Notes: generated from the letters alone by a model not told the origin. A stretch of DNA of 64,000 nt from Camelus dromedarius (GCF_036321535.1 NC_087437.1:95420001-95484000), one strand, 5' to 3'; numbered from the stretch's first letter, positions 10,600-24,110 are shown. Numbers and translations: made by a program.

Positions 10600-11037
10600 A
10601 AAAAGTTGAGATATAATTGTCATATAACATGATATTAGTTTCAGGTGTACAGCATGATTTGATATTTGTATTCATTTTGAAATGATCACCACAATGATTC
10701 TAGTTAACATCTGTCAACATATATAGTCATTCATTTTTTTTTTGTGATGAGAACTTTTAAGATTTACTCTTAGCAACTTTCATATATACAATACAGTATT
10801 CTTAACTATAGTCACTATGTTGTACCTTGCATCCCTATGACTTATTTTATAACTGCAAGTTTGTTCCTTTTGACCTCCTTCACTGATTTTGCACCCCCAT
10901 CCCACTCACTCCCCTGATCCCACCCCACCCCATCCTACCCCTCCATCTCTGGCAACCACCAGTCTGTTCTCTGCATCTATGAGCTAGTTTTTTGTTCATT
11001 TTAGATTCCATGTATAAATGAGATCATATGGTATTAG
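10600..11037 (-). mobile_element. L1 3' end (L1MA9-like)
   Basis: ttgagatataattg...tttcaggtgtacagcat...ctggcaaccaccagtctgttctctg...tttagattccatgtataaatgagatcat. Confidence 0.9.
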
Positions 11038-11659
11038 CTGTCTAGTGGCTAGACAGGTGAGGGTGCCAGGGTCTGCAGTTTGCATGGATGTAAAAGTGGT
11101 ATGTATAAGGGGCATGTTGAGGACCCCAGAGTTAGGGCTGCAGGAAAAGGAGAAAGAGGAGGATGGCTATGGAGGGGCAGTAGAAAACAGCCAGTACTGA
11201 CAGTACTTGGTAATATAAGGTGGGCTCCAATTTGGGTCTTCTGCAGGTATGACCTTATTTTCTGATTTTAGACTGGAATAGCGTGATAGGGTTGCTGCAG
11301 CCTTAATTTCAGCAGAAGTCTTATTGAGCCCCAGGGTTCTGCGCTAGAATCCCATATCCCTTCCTACTCTCTAGGAACCCACCCAAAACATAATACATTC
11401 TTATGTGCAGTGTCAAGAAGATAGGTCACTTTTGGGGACAAGATCCCACAGAGCTCCCAGAATTGGTAACATGTTGACCTAAAAAATAGATCACTCCCGA
11501 GAACCTTTAGTGGTTGAACCAGCATCTCCAGCCCAGATTTCTGAAATTCTCAAGAGTTTTATTTTTCTTTTATCATTAGACTTTTGTCTGGAGCTACTCT
11601 GGGCCACACACACACACACAAAATCTCATGAGCTTCTAAAGTAAGGGAACATATGTCTT

Positions 11660-12600
11660 TAGTGCAGCAGCCAGAGTGATCCTTTTAAAATATAGTTTTG
11701 ATCATCATTCCTCTCCTTCAAAGCTTCTCTGGTTTCTTTTCTCACTCACAGTAAGAAAACAATGCAACCCAAGCCTTCATCCTCCTTACCTCTGTTAGCC
11801 TATGTCAATAAAAAGTAATCAGTCAATCTAAGAAAGAAATGAAAAATTTTACATGAGCCAGGTTTGAGGATTATAACCCAGGAAGAGCAACTCAGAGAGC
11901 TCTGGGAACTGTTTTGCTGGTTAGAAATCTAGGCTGGTTACATAAGAGTTTTTGAGACAGAGGACTGTACAGCAAATGATGTATTATAGACAGTTTACAT
12001 AATCCAGATCTAAGCATCATGCTGGTGGGTCATGTGACCCCTTACAAGATCAAGAAGGAATGTTATCTTTTAAGGAGTTGTCTTGTTAATGCTAGAAGAA
12101 TGTTGCTCTTTATGATTGAACAGGTATTTTTGCTGATGGGGAAGGTTTGGTTGATGCATAATGCAGATACATAATGCACAATAGAGGAAGAGAGGAGGCC
12201 AAAGGGCAGAAAAAATTTTTTTTATGTTTAAGTTTTTCTTATTTTGCCATAAAATATGAATTTTATGTCACATCTATGATTGGTCTCTATTCATAAGGCC
12301 TCCTTACTGCTCTAGGAATGAATCTGGTAAATTTCCACCTCTGGATATTTGCATTTGATATTCCCTGAGCTTGATACACTCTCCTAACTATCCCATGACT
12401 CACTCCCTTACTTAAAGTCTTTGTTTTCTAAACAAACTCTTTGTGATCACCTTATTTAAAACTACACCTCCCACATCATACTCCTTTTCTTATTCAGCTG
12501 CCCACCAAAAACAAAGCTTCCTGAAGGCAAGGATTATTGTTTTATTCAAAGTGCCTAGAACAAAGCCTAGTATAAAATTAATCCTCAAAAATACGTATAT
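11660..12600 (+). mobile_element. L2 3' region interrupted by an LTR
   Basis: cagcagccagagtgatccttttaaaa on the left; aagcttcctgaaggcaagga...gtgcctagaaca on the right. Confidence 0.7.
11803..12272 (-). mobile_element. ERV1 solo LTR
   Basis: TG...CA ends; near-TSD ccta/tcta; interrupts L2; strand tentative. Confidence 0.7.
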
Positions 12601-13099
12601 ATTATGTACGTTGGATCCAGTTGTCAGCTGTATTCCACACAGGCAATAACCAAAGGGTATCTAGGAGAAAATTCTTTATTCCAGGACTGTTCTCTGGAGT
12701 AGGGCTCTTAATCATGCCAGTGCAGGAAAAGTAGACATGCATTGCCCTAGGTGAAGAATTAGGGATCTGTTTCTGTGGGGTTAAAAGAAGCCATCAGACT
12801 TCTGAAGAGATTTGGGAAGAGGGGGAACAATATTTAAAAATCCCATATACCCTCTGGGCAGGAAAGAACCAAGACCCAACCTCTGCTCTCACAAGTAAGA
12901 AGTTAGTAATACCTACTCAAGTAAACCTTCACCCCTTCACATTTGTTGCTCTCTCATTACACACTTAATTTCCATGATCTATCATATAAGTCACTCTTGG
13001 AAATGTTACTGTATTTCCTTTGTCCTTTCACTCTTCTCTCTCTCTCCAAGACAAGTATCTCATTTCTAAAACTTCCAACTCATCTTTCCCAAGGATGAT

Positions 13100-13750
13100 T
13101 GTTACCACAAAATTGGGTTTGCGTCTTGGTGGGTTATAAGCCAAAAGACACAATCAAGCCAAAAAGGAGGAAAAGGAAGTATTTTGTACTTACAACAGGT
13201 GAGGAGAACACTGAGCATATTTCCCAAAGCAGTGTCTCCTCAAACAGCAAAACTGGGGAAGTCTTAAGCTAAGGGTACATGCATATTTATTAAGGGGTTT
13301 GGGAAGTGTATGCATATTCATGAAAGGACTTGAGCAGCAGAGAATTAAGCATAGAATAGGGGCAAAGGTTGACAGAGTTCAGGCTTTAGTTGATTGAAGT
13401 CACAAGGGTCAGAAAAAGTCATCATCATTACCTCTAACTGGAGCAAAACTCCTGGACAGGACAAAAATTAATTCTAATTGGACAGAGCCAAACTGAAAGT
13501 GGTTAGGGGCATTCCATCAATAGGAGACAAGGGTAGGACTTTTACAGAGAAGATGCAGAAGCAAAGCAAGGAAATTGATTGGTTGTAACTTAAGCAGTTG
13601 CCTTTTTAGGAAAGCCTGGTTGGCTGTTTGTGATCCTTAGGTTTTGATTTCTTAATCTTTAAATTTTTATAGGCTAAGATTTTGTGTTGCTTACATAGAC
13701 TTATATTAAAGCCATCTTGGTCTGTTGACCTCCTTGTTTAATTAATTTAC
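13100..13750 (-). mobile_element. ERV1 LTR sequence, probably two partial LTRs joined near 13435
   Basis: Starts tgttaccac; ends gccatcttggtc...tttaattaattt (MER34/MER39-like end). Confidence 0.55.
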
Positions 13751-13889
13751 TACTACTAAGTCTACAACACCTAGAACAGTGCCTGTGGAACATATAATAG
13801 ACATTTAAAAAAGTATTGTTGAACTCATGAGTGAAATTGCTAGCAGTTATAGTTAATATCTCTTTTATAAATTCTGGACAGAATGCTGT

Positions 13890-14080
13890 TTCACATGTAT
13901 TCTTGTTTAATCCTCCCAATGATCCTATGACTAGGTACTATTTGCCATATTTCATAAATGCAGAAAGACATTTAGAGGTAGTCAGGGGCTTGTTCTAGAT
14001 CACAGCACTAGGATGTCACAGATGTGGGATGTGAAGCAAGACCATGTGTCTACGCGGCTCATGCTCTCCACTGCTATTCT
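13890..14080 (-). mobile_element. MIR SINE
   Basis: tttaatcctcccaatgatcctatgactaggtactatt...ttgttctagatcacagc. Confidence 0.7.
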
Positions 14081-14678
14081 GTGCAGGCCCTTATACTTAA
14101 AGTATCCTCTTCCTTTTAGTAAGCATAATAATCCACACTTCATGTGTTTAGCAGGGACTGCTTTTCTCTTGAACCCAGTTACCTCTTTCTCTCACCAACT
14201 TTTGAAAGTAAATCATTTTGAATTTTAATCTGATTTTGGATAATGCAGATGGTAGGTGACTTCAATTTTCTCTCTCTCTTTCTCTCTCCACTCCCACCTC
14301 TCTTTTCTTAATATTTGAAAACAGGTCTGCCTGATATTAGTAATATCTTACAAAAGAAAATCCAGACAGAGAGAAAGAATCATCTTTCATTCTGTGTGCT
14401 GGCCTTCCAAAATTACTTATTCATGGCAGTGAATTAGGTTTGCTAATACATTTTTGGTTGATGCTTCTAAAACCATGGAAAATAAAGTTAGACTATTAAA
14501 TTAGTCTGAGAGATTAAAAGGTGAAAAAAATACAAGATAATGTTATATTGATATTTTAATTTTTCTTTCATTTTCATATTTTAAAATTCTTTTAACAGGA
14601 GATACAATACCATAGAATAAATGGAATAGGTTTGGGAACCTGTATTTCTCATCTGTATATGAGAGGTTCCCAAACTTG

Positions 14679-14682
<4 letters not shown>

Positions 14683-14728
<46 letters not shown>
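14683..14728. repeat. (TA)23 microsatellite
   Basis: Perfect TA run. Confidence 0.97.
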
Positions 14729-14731
<3 letters not shown>

Positions 14732-15539
14732 ATCATAAAGTAACTCAGCCTTAATATCTTTCTCTTTTAATTTAAATTATCTTTATATATGAAGGGAAAA
14801 TATTTTCTTTTCAACATGAGGATGAAGTTTTATAAACAAGTTAGAACTTTGGTTTTGTGTATTAATATGAAAGCAAGTTCTTCCATGCTTGATTCTTTTA
14901 AAGGCTGGCCTTGCTACTTCAAAAGAGAAGTTGCAAGAAAATTTTTATTTAATCCTTCCTGTTCTCCTGGAACATAATTGCCAACAATATTACTGAACAG
15001 CAGAGTAATTTATCCTGCTGAAACAGCTCAATGGCAAATTGGCTAAAAATCAAGTTAGCTTAATTATTTTGTGTTAGAAAATTGGAAAGTCCCTTTTTCA
15101 TATAATTTGTCATGAAACATTTTAAAATCTCAAATTTATTTTTAAATATATAGAATGTAAATATCAAAAACAAATACAACCTTTAAAGGAAAAGTTTTGC
15201 TTTGAGATTATACTTCATTTATTAAAGAGGATTTTTTCTACCACCAGCCTTCCCATTTTTTTATATCTTACATTCAGGGAATGGCAGGATGAATTGGTTG
15301 GGTGCTGTATTGATTGCAACAATAAGAATCTATAAAGTGGTTACTCTGAAAAATGTGGTGTGCTCAATACAAATGTAGATCCAAAGAAACATATAATAAG
15401 TTCCCTGCTCCGTGTTCTAAATGCAGAACAAATTATCATACAAAACAAAATTACATGCTGCTCTGGTGAATGCTAAATTATGCGCTAAAGACAATTTCAA
15501 GGTATATTGGATTTGTGATTAAACATAGCTTATTAAAAA

Positions 15540-16270
15540 CATATGCATCCTAATCTCCCTAACATCTACTTAAAATAAAGTCGAAAGGGATTAAAAAAAG
15601 TAAATATATAAAACTACATAGGCAAAAAGAATATGGGAGAAATGGAAGGCATGATAGATCTCAAGTAACTCTGTAGGCATGGAGAACAGTCTTTGCAGAT
15701 GATAGCTGACTGTTCAGATAAGAGATATATGAAATCTATCATCTCAGTGGTGAAAAGGGTACAACATAGTGAACAATAATACATATGTAGAAAACTAAAA
15801 AACACAAACAACTAAGCAAAAAAAATAATGATTATTAGTAACTATTAATTACAGGAAAACTATATAATAATTGTACAGTTAAAGGAAATGTTCTAGTATA
15901 CCATATTGCTCATCTGTGAACAATATTTTTATTGTTGCAATAAGGTAAATAGCCAGTAAAGTTTCATCTAAACATGGAAAATGAATGGAGGAAATGAGAG
16001 TGTGTATGTTTAGGGAGTGGTAAAAAAAAAAAAAGCTTAACTCTCTTCTTTTTTCATAAGGCAAAATAAATGAATAGTGTCTAAATTTCAAAGGTAGTGT
16101 ATATATATAAACATATTATTTAAAATATGGACACAGATGTGAAAAGAAACAGCTAAACTGGGACTTGGATGGGGGCAGGTAAGCAAGGTGCTGCTTTTTA
16201 TTGTTTTTATAGCCTTGTAACATCATTCAAGTGTTAGAACATTGTACATGTATCAGTTGAATAAAAAATA
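15540..16270 (+). mobile_element. Old L1 (L1ME-like) 3' fragment
   Basis: A-rich, L1 3'UTR-like texture; weak family assignment. Confidence 0.45.
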
Positions 16271-16369
16271 GAGAAGAGGTAATAAAATACTAGTTATTCA
16301 GTACCATAATGTACAAAATAATTTTAAAAGGGAGAAGTAAAAAACTCTGGTTCAGGTGCCGTCTAGCTA

Positions 16370-16600
16370 AGGGAGGCATTGTGGTGTGATAAAAATGTAT
16401 GGTTGTGTAAGTGGAGACTTAGATTCCAGTGTGGGCCCTTCAAATGCTTTTGTTATCTGACTCCTCTGATCTTCCATTTCCTGTTGTGTAAAAGCCATGG
16501 AATGATAAAATCTACCCCATATGATTGTAGAGTATTAATGTGATAACACTACAATATTTAACACACTATCTGGTATATTGTTTGATGCTTAAAAATGTAT
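16370..16600 (+). mobile_element. MIR SINE
   Basis: ggcattgtggtgtgataaaaa...ctctgatcttccatttcc...atctaccccatatgattgtagagtattaa. Confidence 0.7.
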
Positions 16601-17888
16601 GAAATAGTTTTAAAACATGTTCAGGGTCTGGATGAGCTATGATTCAACTTCTCTAAGTCTCTTCCTGGAATTAATTTTTCAATTAAATAATTAACATATT
16701 CCTGTTAAGGCAAATAGCAATGATATCCCAAGTTATTTAACCAAATTTTGCATCTATTATTTCTTTATAGCCACTAATCACAATATTTAATGTCTTTAGA
16801 ATTAAAAAAAAATCAATTTCTCTAGATCTCTAAGTAATTCATATAGTGATAATGGGTTTCACAGAGTTTTAATATTAACTTTGAGCATTGTAGATCTGAA
16901 AACGATAGTTAGGACCAGGTGTTTCATGGCAAATTTTAGTCTCATCTATATGGCCTTCAGTGAAGAAAAAAAAAAAAAAGGAGCCTGGGAAAACTTACAC
17001 TTTGTTGGTGGCCTGTGGTGGGGGGGTCTCCCTAAATTACTGAATAATTCAATAAACATTAGTTAATGGATAGAAGGAACAATGAATAAGAAAGATGAAA
17101 GGAAAAACCAAACGTTGTGTGTGAATAATTTGTAAAACTGAAGGGCAATGGGTGAAATAGAAAGGTGATCAAAGGCTAAAAAGTCCCCATAGTAAATGAA
17201 AGAACAAGAAGCCAAATGTTAATCATTACACTCATAGACTGGTAAGCAACTCATGTTGCAAACCCAGCACTGTGCCAAAAGCAGCTAATGTTTTTTTTTT
17301 TTTTTCCGAAAGCCTGTTTAGTCCTGTCTGTATTCTATGGGTGTTAGTGACAAATAGACTCATTTCCAGACACCAAAATAAAAGGAAAAAACACATTTTA
17401 CTTACCTTAGCATTCAAAATGTGTAGAATGAAGCCCCTCAACTCAGATTAAGGGGGGCTATTTGAAATGAATGAATGCATGTTGTTCTGCATACATTTCT
17501 TCATACTGTGCATTGTAAAATGAAGATCTGCTGTACTTGTCCCAATGACTTCCTCTATTCTTGCGTGCCTTTACCCTCCTTCATGTACTTTTAGGTTGGA
17601 TTTAGAGATTTTCTATCTTCTTCAGGATATGATAAGTCTTCTGTTGAATGGTGAGTATAGAAAGAATAAAGCATATTCAGGGTCCATGAGATTACTGCCA
17701 CAGCATTCTCTTGTGAATTATATTTAGATTCTGTACCTTCAGTGTTGGAGAAAGTTATCTTGATCTCTAGGTTTCAACATGTCTAAAACGTTCCATGACT
17801 GGTCTTGTTTCATACTAAAGTATATACCCAAGGGTCAAAATCATTTAGAAGGCAGACACTGTGATTTTATGTTTCGATTGGTTGGTTG

Positions 17889-18103
17889 TTTTAATTGAAG
17901 TATAGTCAACTTACCATGTTGTGTTAATCTCTGGTCTACAGCATAGTGATTCATTTGTACATATATATTTATTCTTTTTCATATTCTTTTTCCTTATAGG
18001 CCATTGCAAGATTCTGAATATAGTTCCCTGTGCTATACACTAGGACCTTGTTGTTTATCTGTTTTATACATAGTAGTTAGTATCTGCAAGTTCTGAACTC
18101 CCA
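17889..18103 (-). mobile_element. Younger lineage-specific L1 3' end
   Basis: ttaattgaagtatagtcaac...acagcatagtgattca...tgaatatagttccctgtgctataca...ggaccttgttgtttatc; cetartiodactyl-type L1 tail. Confidence 0.85.
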
Positions 18104-19199
18104 GTTATATGCTTTTAATCTGAAATCAAATTTCTGGCCTCCAAACAATTAACCAGTAAATCACAACAAAAGTTGTATTTCAAAAGGTACATTTGTATCA
18201 GATTAGCCTGATTATAGGTGGTCATACATATGTGAACAAGAGATTAAACATGTGATTTTCTGCATTAATGTTTATCCTAATGATGCCTAACTTATCTTTT
18301 GGGGGACTTTAGCACCTCCTTTACTTCAGAGATTGATTGACACAACATTTATTGGTTATTTTTACTCTAATTTGGATTGTTGCCTAGGGCATAGCAAGAG
18401 TAGGAAGAGAAGGTTTGCAGTTCTTTGAGAAATGAAAAATCAAAGATTTATTTCCCTTGCCTTAAGGGAAGGGAAAAGCCTTAAGGGACGCTTTCTTAAG
18501 AAAGCTGTGAATCCAAAGGATTCTAACCTGGAGAAGGAGAGAGAGGGTGTGGGATCAAAGAGAGAGAAATACGTTGGACTTGTGCTCTTTTTTTGTAAGA
18601 CATGAAAGTTTTGTTGCTCAGTTTTACTCTCGGGTGGGAAACAGAAAGGAGTCAGCTCTGTGATATTTGGAAACTGGGAGAGGAATAGGGATAAATGAGA
18701 TAGTAGTGGAAAAAAGAGACTTTGATGTGATATAGAATTTTACTTACTTAGGCAGTATGGGGAAGGCTGCTAGGAGTAGAATTTCCTAGAGTCAGGGAAG
18801 GGTATTAAGTTCTTCAGACAAGAGGGAATTGAGCTTTCTTCAGGAACTGAAGCGCCTGAGTGGCTCAGACACAGAGATTGATGGGAGGGTGGTTTCTTAA
18901 GAGGCTGAGAAAGAGGGCAGCTTTTGAAATTAGGAAGACTATAAACTGCACAGTAAGGGTGCCATGAGAAATGCCAGAATTATCCAAGGAAGTGCAAAGA
19001 ATGTTAAGCACCAAGGTAAATTTATCAGAATTGAGACATTACCCAACCTTGTAAGTTCAAACACTTAATTTTATTAATATATTGATTGGCTAAGGGCACA
19101 GGTTTTGGAACCTGGCAGATGGAAGCCCTAAACAACAACCTACTGGTTATAGAATTGTAGGAATGTGACCTAGCTTTTCTATGTCTCAGTTTAAAAACT

Positions 19200-21655
19200 T
19201 TCTTTATAAAGACAATTTTTATAGAGCAGTCTGAGGTTCATAGAAAAATTGAGGAGAAGTACAGAAATTTCCCATGTATCCCCTGCCCCAACACATGCAT
19301 AATTTCTCCCATTATCAACACCCCCCACCAGAGTGGTATATTTGTTGCAATTGATGGACCTTCATTGATATGTCTTTATCACTTAAAGTCCATAGTTTAC
19401 ATTAGGAATCATTCTTGATGCTGTGCATACTATGGGTTTGGACAAAAGTATAATGACATGTATCCATCTTTATGGTATCATACAGAGTATTTTCACCACC
19501 CTAAACATCCTCTGTGCTCCACCCCCACATCCCCAACCCTTGGAAACCACTGATCTTTTTACAGTCTCCATAGGTTTTTCTTTTCCAGAATGTCATATAG
19601 ATGGAATTGTACAGTATTTCAGATGCTTCTTTCACTTAGGAATATGAATTTCAGGTTCCTCCATGTCTTTTAATTGCTTGATAGCGCATTTCTTATTACT
19701 GAATAATATCCCATTTTCTGGATGTACCACATGTAATTTATCCATTCTCCCACTGAAGGACATCTTGGTTGCTTCCAGGTTTTGGCAATTGTAAATAAAC
19801 CTCCATGTGCAGGTTTTATGGTAGACATAATTTTCAGCTCCTTTGGGTAAATAACAATGGGTAAGATTGCTGAATTGTATTATAAGAATATGTCTGGTTT
19901 TATAAGAAACCACCAAACTGTTTTTCCAAAGTGTCTCTACCATTTTGAATTCCCACCAGCAGTGAGTGAGGGTTCCTGCTGATCCATTTCTTCACAAGCT
20001 ATCAGTATTGTCAGTGTTTCAGATTCTGGCCATTCTAAAAGGTATGTAGTGGTATCTAATTGTTGTTTTAATTTGCATTTTCCTGATGAGATATGGTGTG
20101 GAGTATCTCTTCAAGTGTTTATTTGCCATCTCTATATTTTCTTTGGTGACATATCTTTAAAGCCTTTAGCCCATTTTTTGATCAGTTCTTTGCTTTCTTA
20201 TTGTTGAGTTTTAAGAGTTCCTTGTATACTTTCAGTAATGGTCCATTATCAGATGTGTCTTTTGCAATATTTTCTCCCAGTCTGTGGCTTGTCTTCTCAT
20301 TATCTTGATACTGTCTTTTGTAGAGTAGAAGTTTTTACTTTTAGTGAAGTCCATCTCATCAATTATTTCTTTCATGGATCATGCCTATAGTGTTGTATCT
20401 AAAAAGGCATTGCTGTATCTAAGGTCATCTAGATTTTCTCAAGTTATCTTCTAGGAGTTTTATAGTTTTGCATTGTACATTTCTGTGATCCATTTTGTGT
20501 TAATTTTTGTGAAGGGTGTAAGGTCTGTGTCTAGATTTATTTTTTTAAATTTGTAGATGTCCAGTTGCTTCAACACCATTTGTTTAAAAGACTACCTTTG
20601 TTCATTGACTTGCCTTTACTTCTTTTTCAAAGATTAGTTGCTTATATTTATATAGGTCTTTTTCTAGGCTGTATATTCTGTTTCTTTGATCTGTTTGTCT
20701 GTTCTTTCACCAATGCCACACTATTTTACTGTAGCTTTATAGTAAGTCTTGAAATCAGGTAGTGTCAGTCCTCCAACATTTTACATTTTCTTCAATATTG
20801 AGTTGGCTATTCTAGGTCTTTTGTGTCTCAAATAAACTTTAGTATCAGTTTGTCTATATCCACAAAATAACTTCCTAGGATTTTAATTGAAATCGCATTG
20901 AATCTATAGATTAATTTGGGAAGAACTGGCGTCTTGACAATATTGAATCTTCCTATCCATGAACATGGAATATCTCTCCATTTACTTAATTCTTCTTTGA
21001 TTTTATTAATTAATTTAATAGTTTGTCTCACACAGATTTTGTACATATTTTGTTAGATTTTTGCTTAAATACTTCATTTTTGAGTGCTAATATAAATGGT
21101 ATTTTTTTTAAATTTTAATTTGCACTTGTTTATTGCTGGCATATTGGAAAGTGATTGGCATTTGTATATTAACCTTGTAGCCTACAACCATGATATAATT
21201 GCTTATTAGCACAGGACTTTTTTTGTTGATTCTTTCAGATTTTCTACATAGACAATCATGTCATCTGCAAAGACAGGTTTATTTCTGCCTTCCTGGTATG
21301 TGTAACTTTTATTTTCTGTTCTTGTTTTATTGCATGAGCTAGAACTTGCAGTAGAATATTGAAAAGGAGTGGTGAGAGGAGATACACTTACCTTATCCCT
21401 GATCTTGATGGGAAAGCTTCATGTTTCTTTCCAGTAAGTAAGAATTGTTCAAAGACATTTTTTATCAAGTTGAGAAAGTTCTTCCCAATTCATAGTTTTC
21501 TGACAGTTTTTTATCATGAATAGATGTTGAATTTTGTCAAATGCTTTTTTCTGCATTTATTGACAGAATCATGTGATTTTTCTCTTTCAGTCTATTGATA
21601 TGATGGATTACACTAACTGGTTTTTAAATGTTGAAGCAGTCTTCCATACCTGGGC
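19200..21655 (-). mobile_element. L1MC-type LINE (3'UTR plus ORF2 remnant)
   Basis: tttatagagcagtctgaggttcatagaaaaattg 3' end; ORF 20828-21046 [28 protein letters not shown] is L1 ORF2. Confidence 0.93.
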
Positions 21656-21755
21656 ACCACTAAGGTTTTTTTTTTTTTTTAATCTATAAAATGCAAATAA
21701 TAGTATCTACTTTATATGATAATAGAGGATTAAATAAATTAGTATCAAAACGTCT

Positions 21756-22200
21756 TGTAGGGGAGGAAAATATCACTTCCTTCTATCCTTCTAAGTTCTT
21801 TGCCCGGGCCCCTATAACAAAAGACAGATTAACAAGATAAAAATACACAGTTTTATTTAATATAAGTTTTACATGACACAGGAGACTTTAATGAAGTTAA
21901 GACACAAATCAGGTGTTAAACCTGAGCATTTTATGCTAGATTTGATGGAGTAGAAAGTTGTGGGAAAATGTAATAGGAAAAAGGGTATGAGCTAAGTATA
22001 GTAAATAGAGGGAAACTTGACAAGGTCTGTTTGTTCAGATTCCTCCCAGCATCCCTCTGATGTTCCTCAGTCTTCAGAGATAAGAATGTTATATGATGGC
22101 CTTATCAACTGCTTCAGGGGAAGGTCTGAAAGTCCTTCCTGCACCCATTGTTTCTCAGATTTCTTCTCAAATATTTTGGGGTGTGTCCTGAACCTCATCA
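21756..22200 (-). mobile_element. ERV1 solo LTR (MER34-like)
   Basis: tgtaggggaggaaaa start; aaaagacagattaacaaga; ends gtgtcctgaacctcatca. Confidence 0.8.
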
Positions 22201-22338
22201 GTTCTTTACAAGGCTTAACAGACTCAAAGAGCCCTGTAAATGGCAGTTTTTATTCTTAGGGTTAGATTCATACTAACTAATCTCCTTAGAAATGAATCTA
22301 TAAGTCAGAATAAAGATTTGTTCACGTATCATGGGAAA

Positions 22339-22414
22339 TAGTTACCCTCTGTATTTGTGGATACTGCATGTGTGGATTCAACCAACTACAGATTGAAGTG
22401 GAGAGCTGACTGTA
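22339..22414. mobile_element. Short Tigger/MER2-type MITE
   Basis: gtggattcaaccaac core; degenerate TIRs tagttaccctc / gagagctgactgta with TA flank. Confidence 0.65.
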
Positions 22415-22598
22415 TGAAAGCTAGAAGAGTTGAGTCTATGAGTCAAGTGTCACCATGGCTTTAATCAAAACATTAATTTCTAGACAAATATAGGTCTGGC
22501 TGTGGTCACTCTGCCCTGGGCAGTCCTTGAAATGGTTCTGCCAATTCTCTCACTTTTTCCTTCATTTACCAGTCGCTGGTAGAGAACTTCTTTACTTT

Positions 22599-22939
22599 TG
22601 TTAAAAAAAAAAAATAAACAGAAAACTTAAATAGAATTGGGACATGAGAAGGGGGAGCACTCATGCCCTCTGATAATAGCAGAGCCCAACAATAAGAGGA
22701 AAGACTTCTCTTCTTTCCTGGCAAAGACTCAGCCAATGAAAAGCCATGGACTCTGTGTTTACTATAGCCCTCCCAACTTCCTTTCCCACTCTGTAAAAGT
22801 GTTAGCCTTCCCTTGCTAAACAGGAACTTACATGTGGCTCATCATGGTTGCAGACCCTGAATTACAATTCTCTGCTGATCCTGAATAAAACCATCTTTGC
22901 TGGAGAAATATCTGACGGGCTATTTGTTTCAGGTCAACA
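22599..22939 (+). mobile_element. ERV1 solo LTR
   Basis: TG...CA ends, perfect 4-bp TSD CTTT, CCAAT and AATAAA in order. Confidence 0.9.
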
Positions 22940-23984
22940 CTTTGGAAGTGTTAATGAATTCAATTAGACTACTTAATACTGAAGGCATTTTACTTGTTGG
23001 GGTTGCTTTGCATTGATCTGCTCAGATGCTTTGAATTACATTTAAAGTTTAATTCTTCCAGGTTCTTGTTCATACCCTTCACTTACCATGCATATTTCCA
23101 GGCACTCTGTAAAATGTAGTAACTGTTTAAGCTATTGTTATTTTAATCACATTGACAACATGCTTTATTTGCCCTTGCTCTAACCAATTTCCTAGATTTC
23201 TGCAGAATAATGTCTAAATGTCTCAGTTTTACATTTAAGTGTATTTAATAATACAGTTTTATCCTCCACTCTTCTCCAACAAGAAATCTAGGCTCCTCAA
23301 GATCAATGAACAAATAGTGCCTTACTACCAAGACTGCCTCTTCTTCATCATTCCTCCTGCCTTTTCCTCACTACCATTGCCACTTAATCTCTCCTTTCTC
23401 AGAACTCTTAGCCACTTGTTTTGTGTCAGTCATTTTCAATGCTTGTTTACTTTTTGTTCTATACTATTATCTTATTGTTACCTACCTTTTATTTTTTTCT
23501 AAAAAAAAAAAATTAGGTTTAGTTTTGGTTTCTGTTCCATTTCCCACAGAGCTGAGTACAAGAACACTACACACTTGTTAGGTGTAAATTGTTACTTAAT
23601 AAATACTTAGTAGTGAGTTAATTCATTCAGAGGCTGGAATATAGTCTAGCTCCTAGAAAACACTCTTACTCCTGCTTCAGGGAAATATCTATTTTAAAGT
23701 ATTTAAAATAAACTTTCTAAGATAAAAGCAAATTATCAATTTGATAAACAATTTGAGATTTTAAAAATCTCAAGGATCTGAATTTTTAAAAGGAAATAGA
23801 GTCTAGAGTCACTTTCAGAAAATAGAAAATAAAATAAGTTTTAGTGTGACTTGTTACAGAAATTGCTTTTCAGCTCTAACTCATTTTGGACTAAAGAGCT
23901 TTGAGGAGACATGAAACCAAGTGAGTTTTGAGAGGGTCCTACTGCAGAGAGGACAGCAAGGTCAGGATGTTCAGTTAGGACCCT

Positions 23985-24110
23985 GGAGGGCTCTAAATCA
24001 GGCCATCAGCTGGGAAGGTTGTGAATGCCTGGGCTATGGAGGGGCCTGGGAATCAGCATTTTGGATATTTCCTGGGTGATTCTAATGGGAAACAGCATTG
24101 AGAATCAGTT
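23985..24110. mobile_element. MER5-like MITE fragment
   Basis: ggggcctgggaatcagcatttt...ctgggtgattctaatg...ttgagaatca. Confidence 0.55.

Larger units (their letters stand above)
19080..22250 (+). mobile_element. One MIR split in three (19080-19195, 21680-21755, 22201-22250)
   Basis: ctatgtctcagttt | atctataaaatg...gaggattaaa | taaatggcagt are collinear MIR pieces flanking the L1 and the LTR. Confidence 0.55.
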
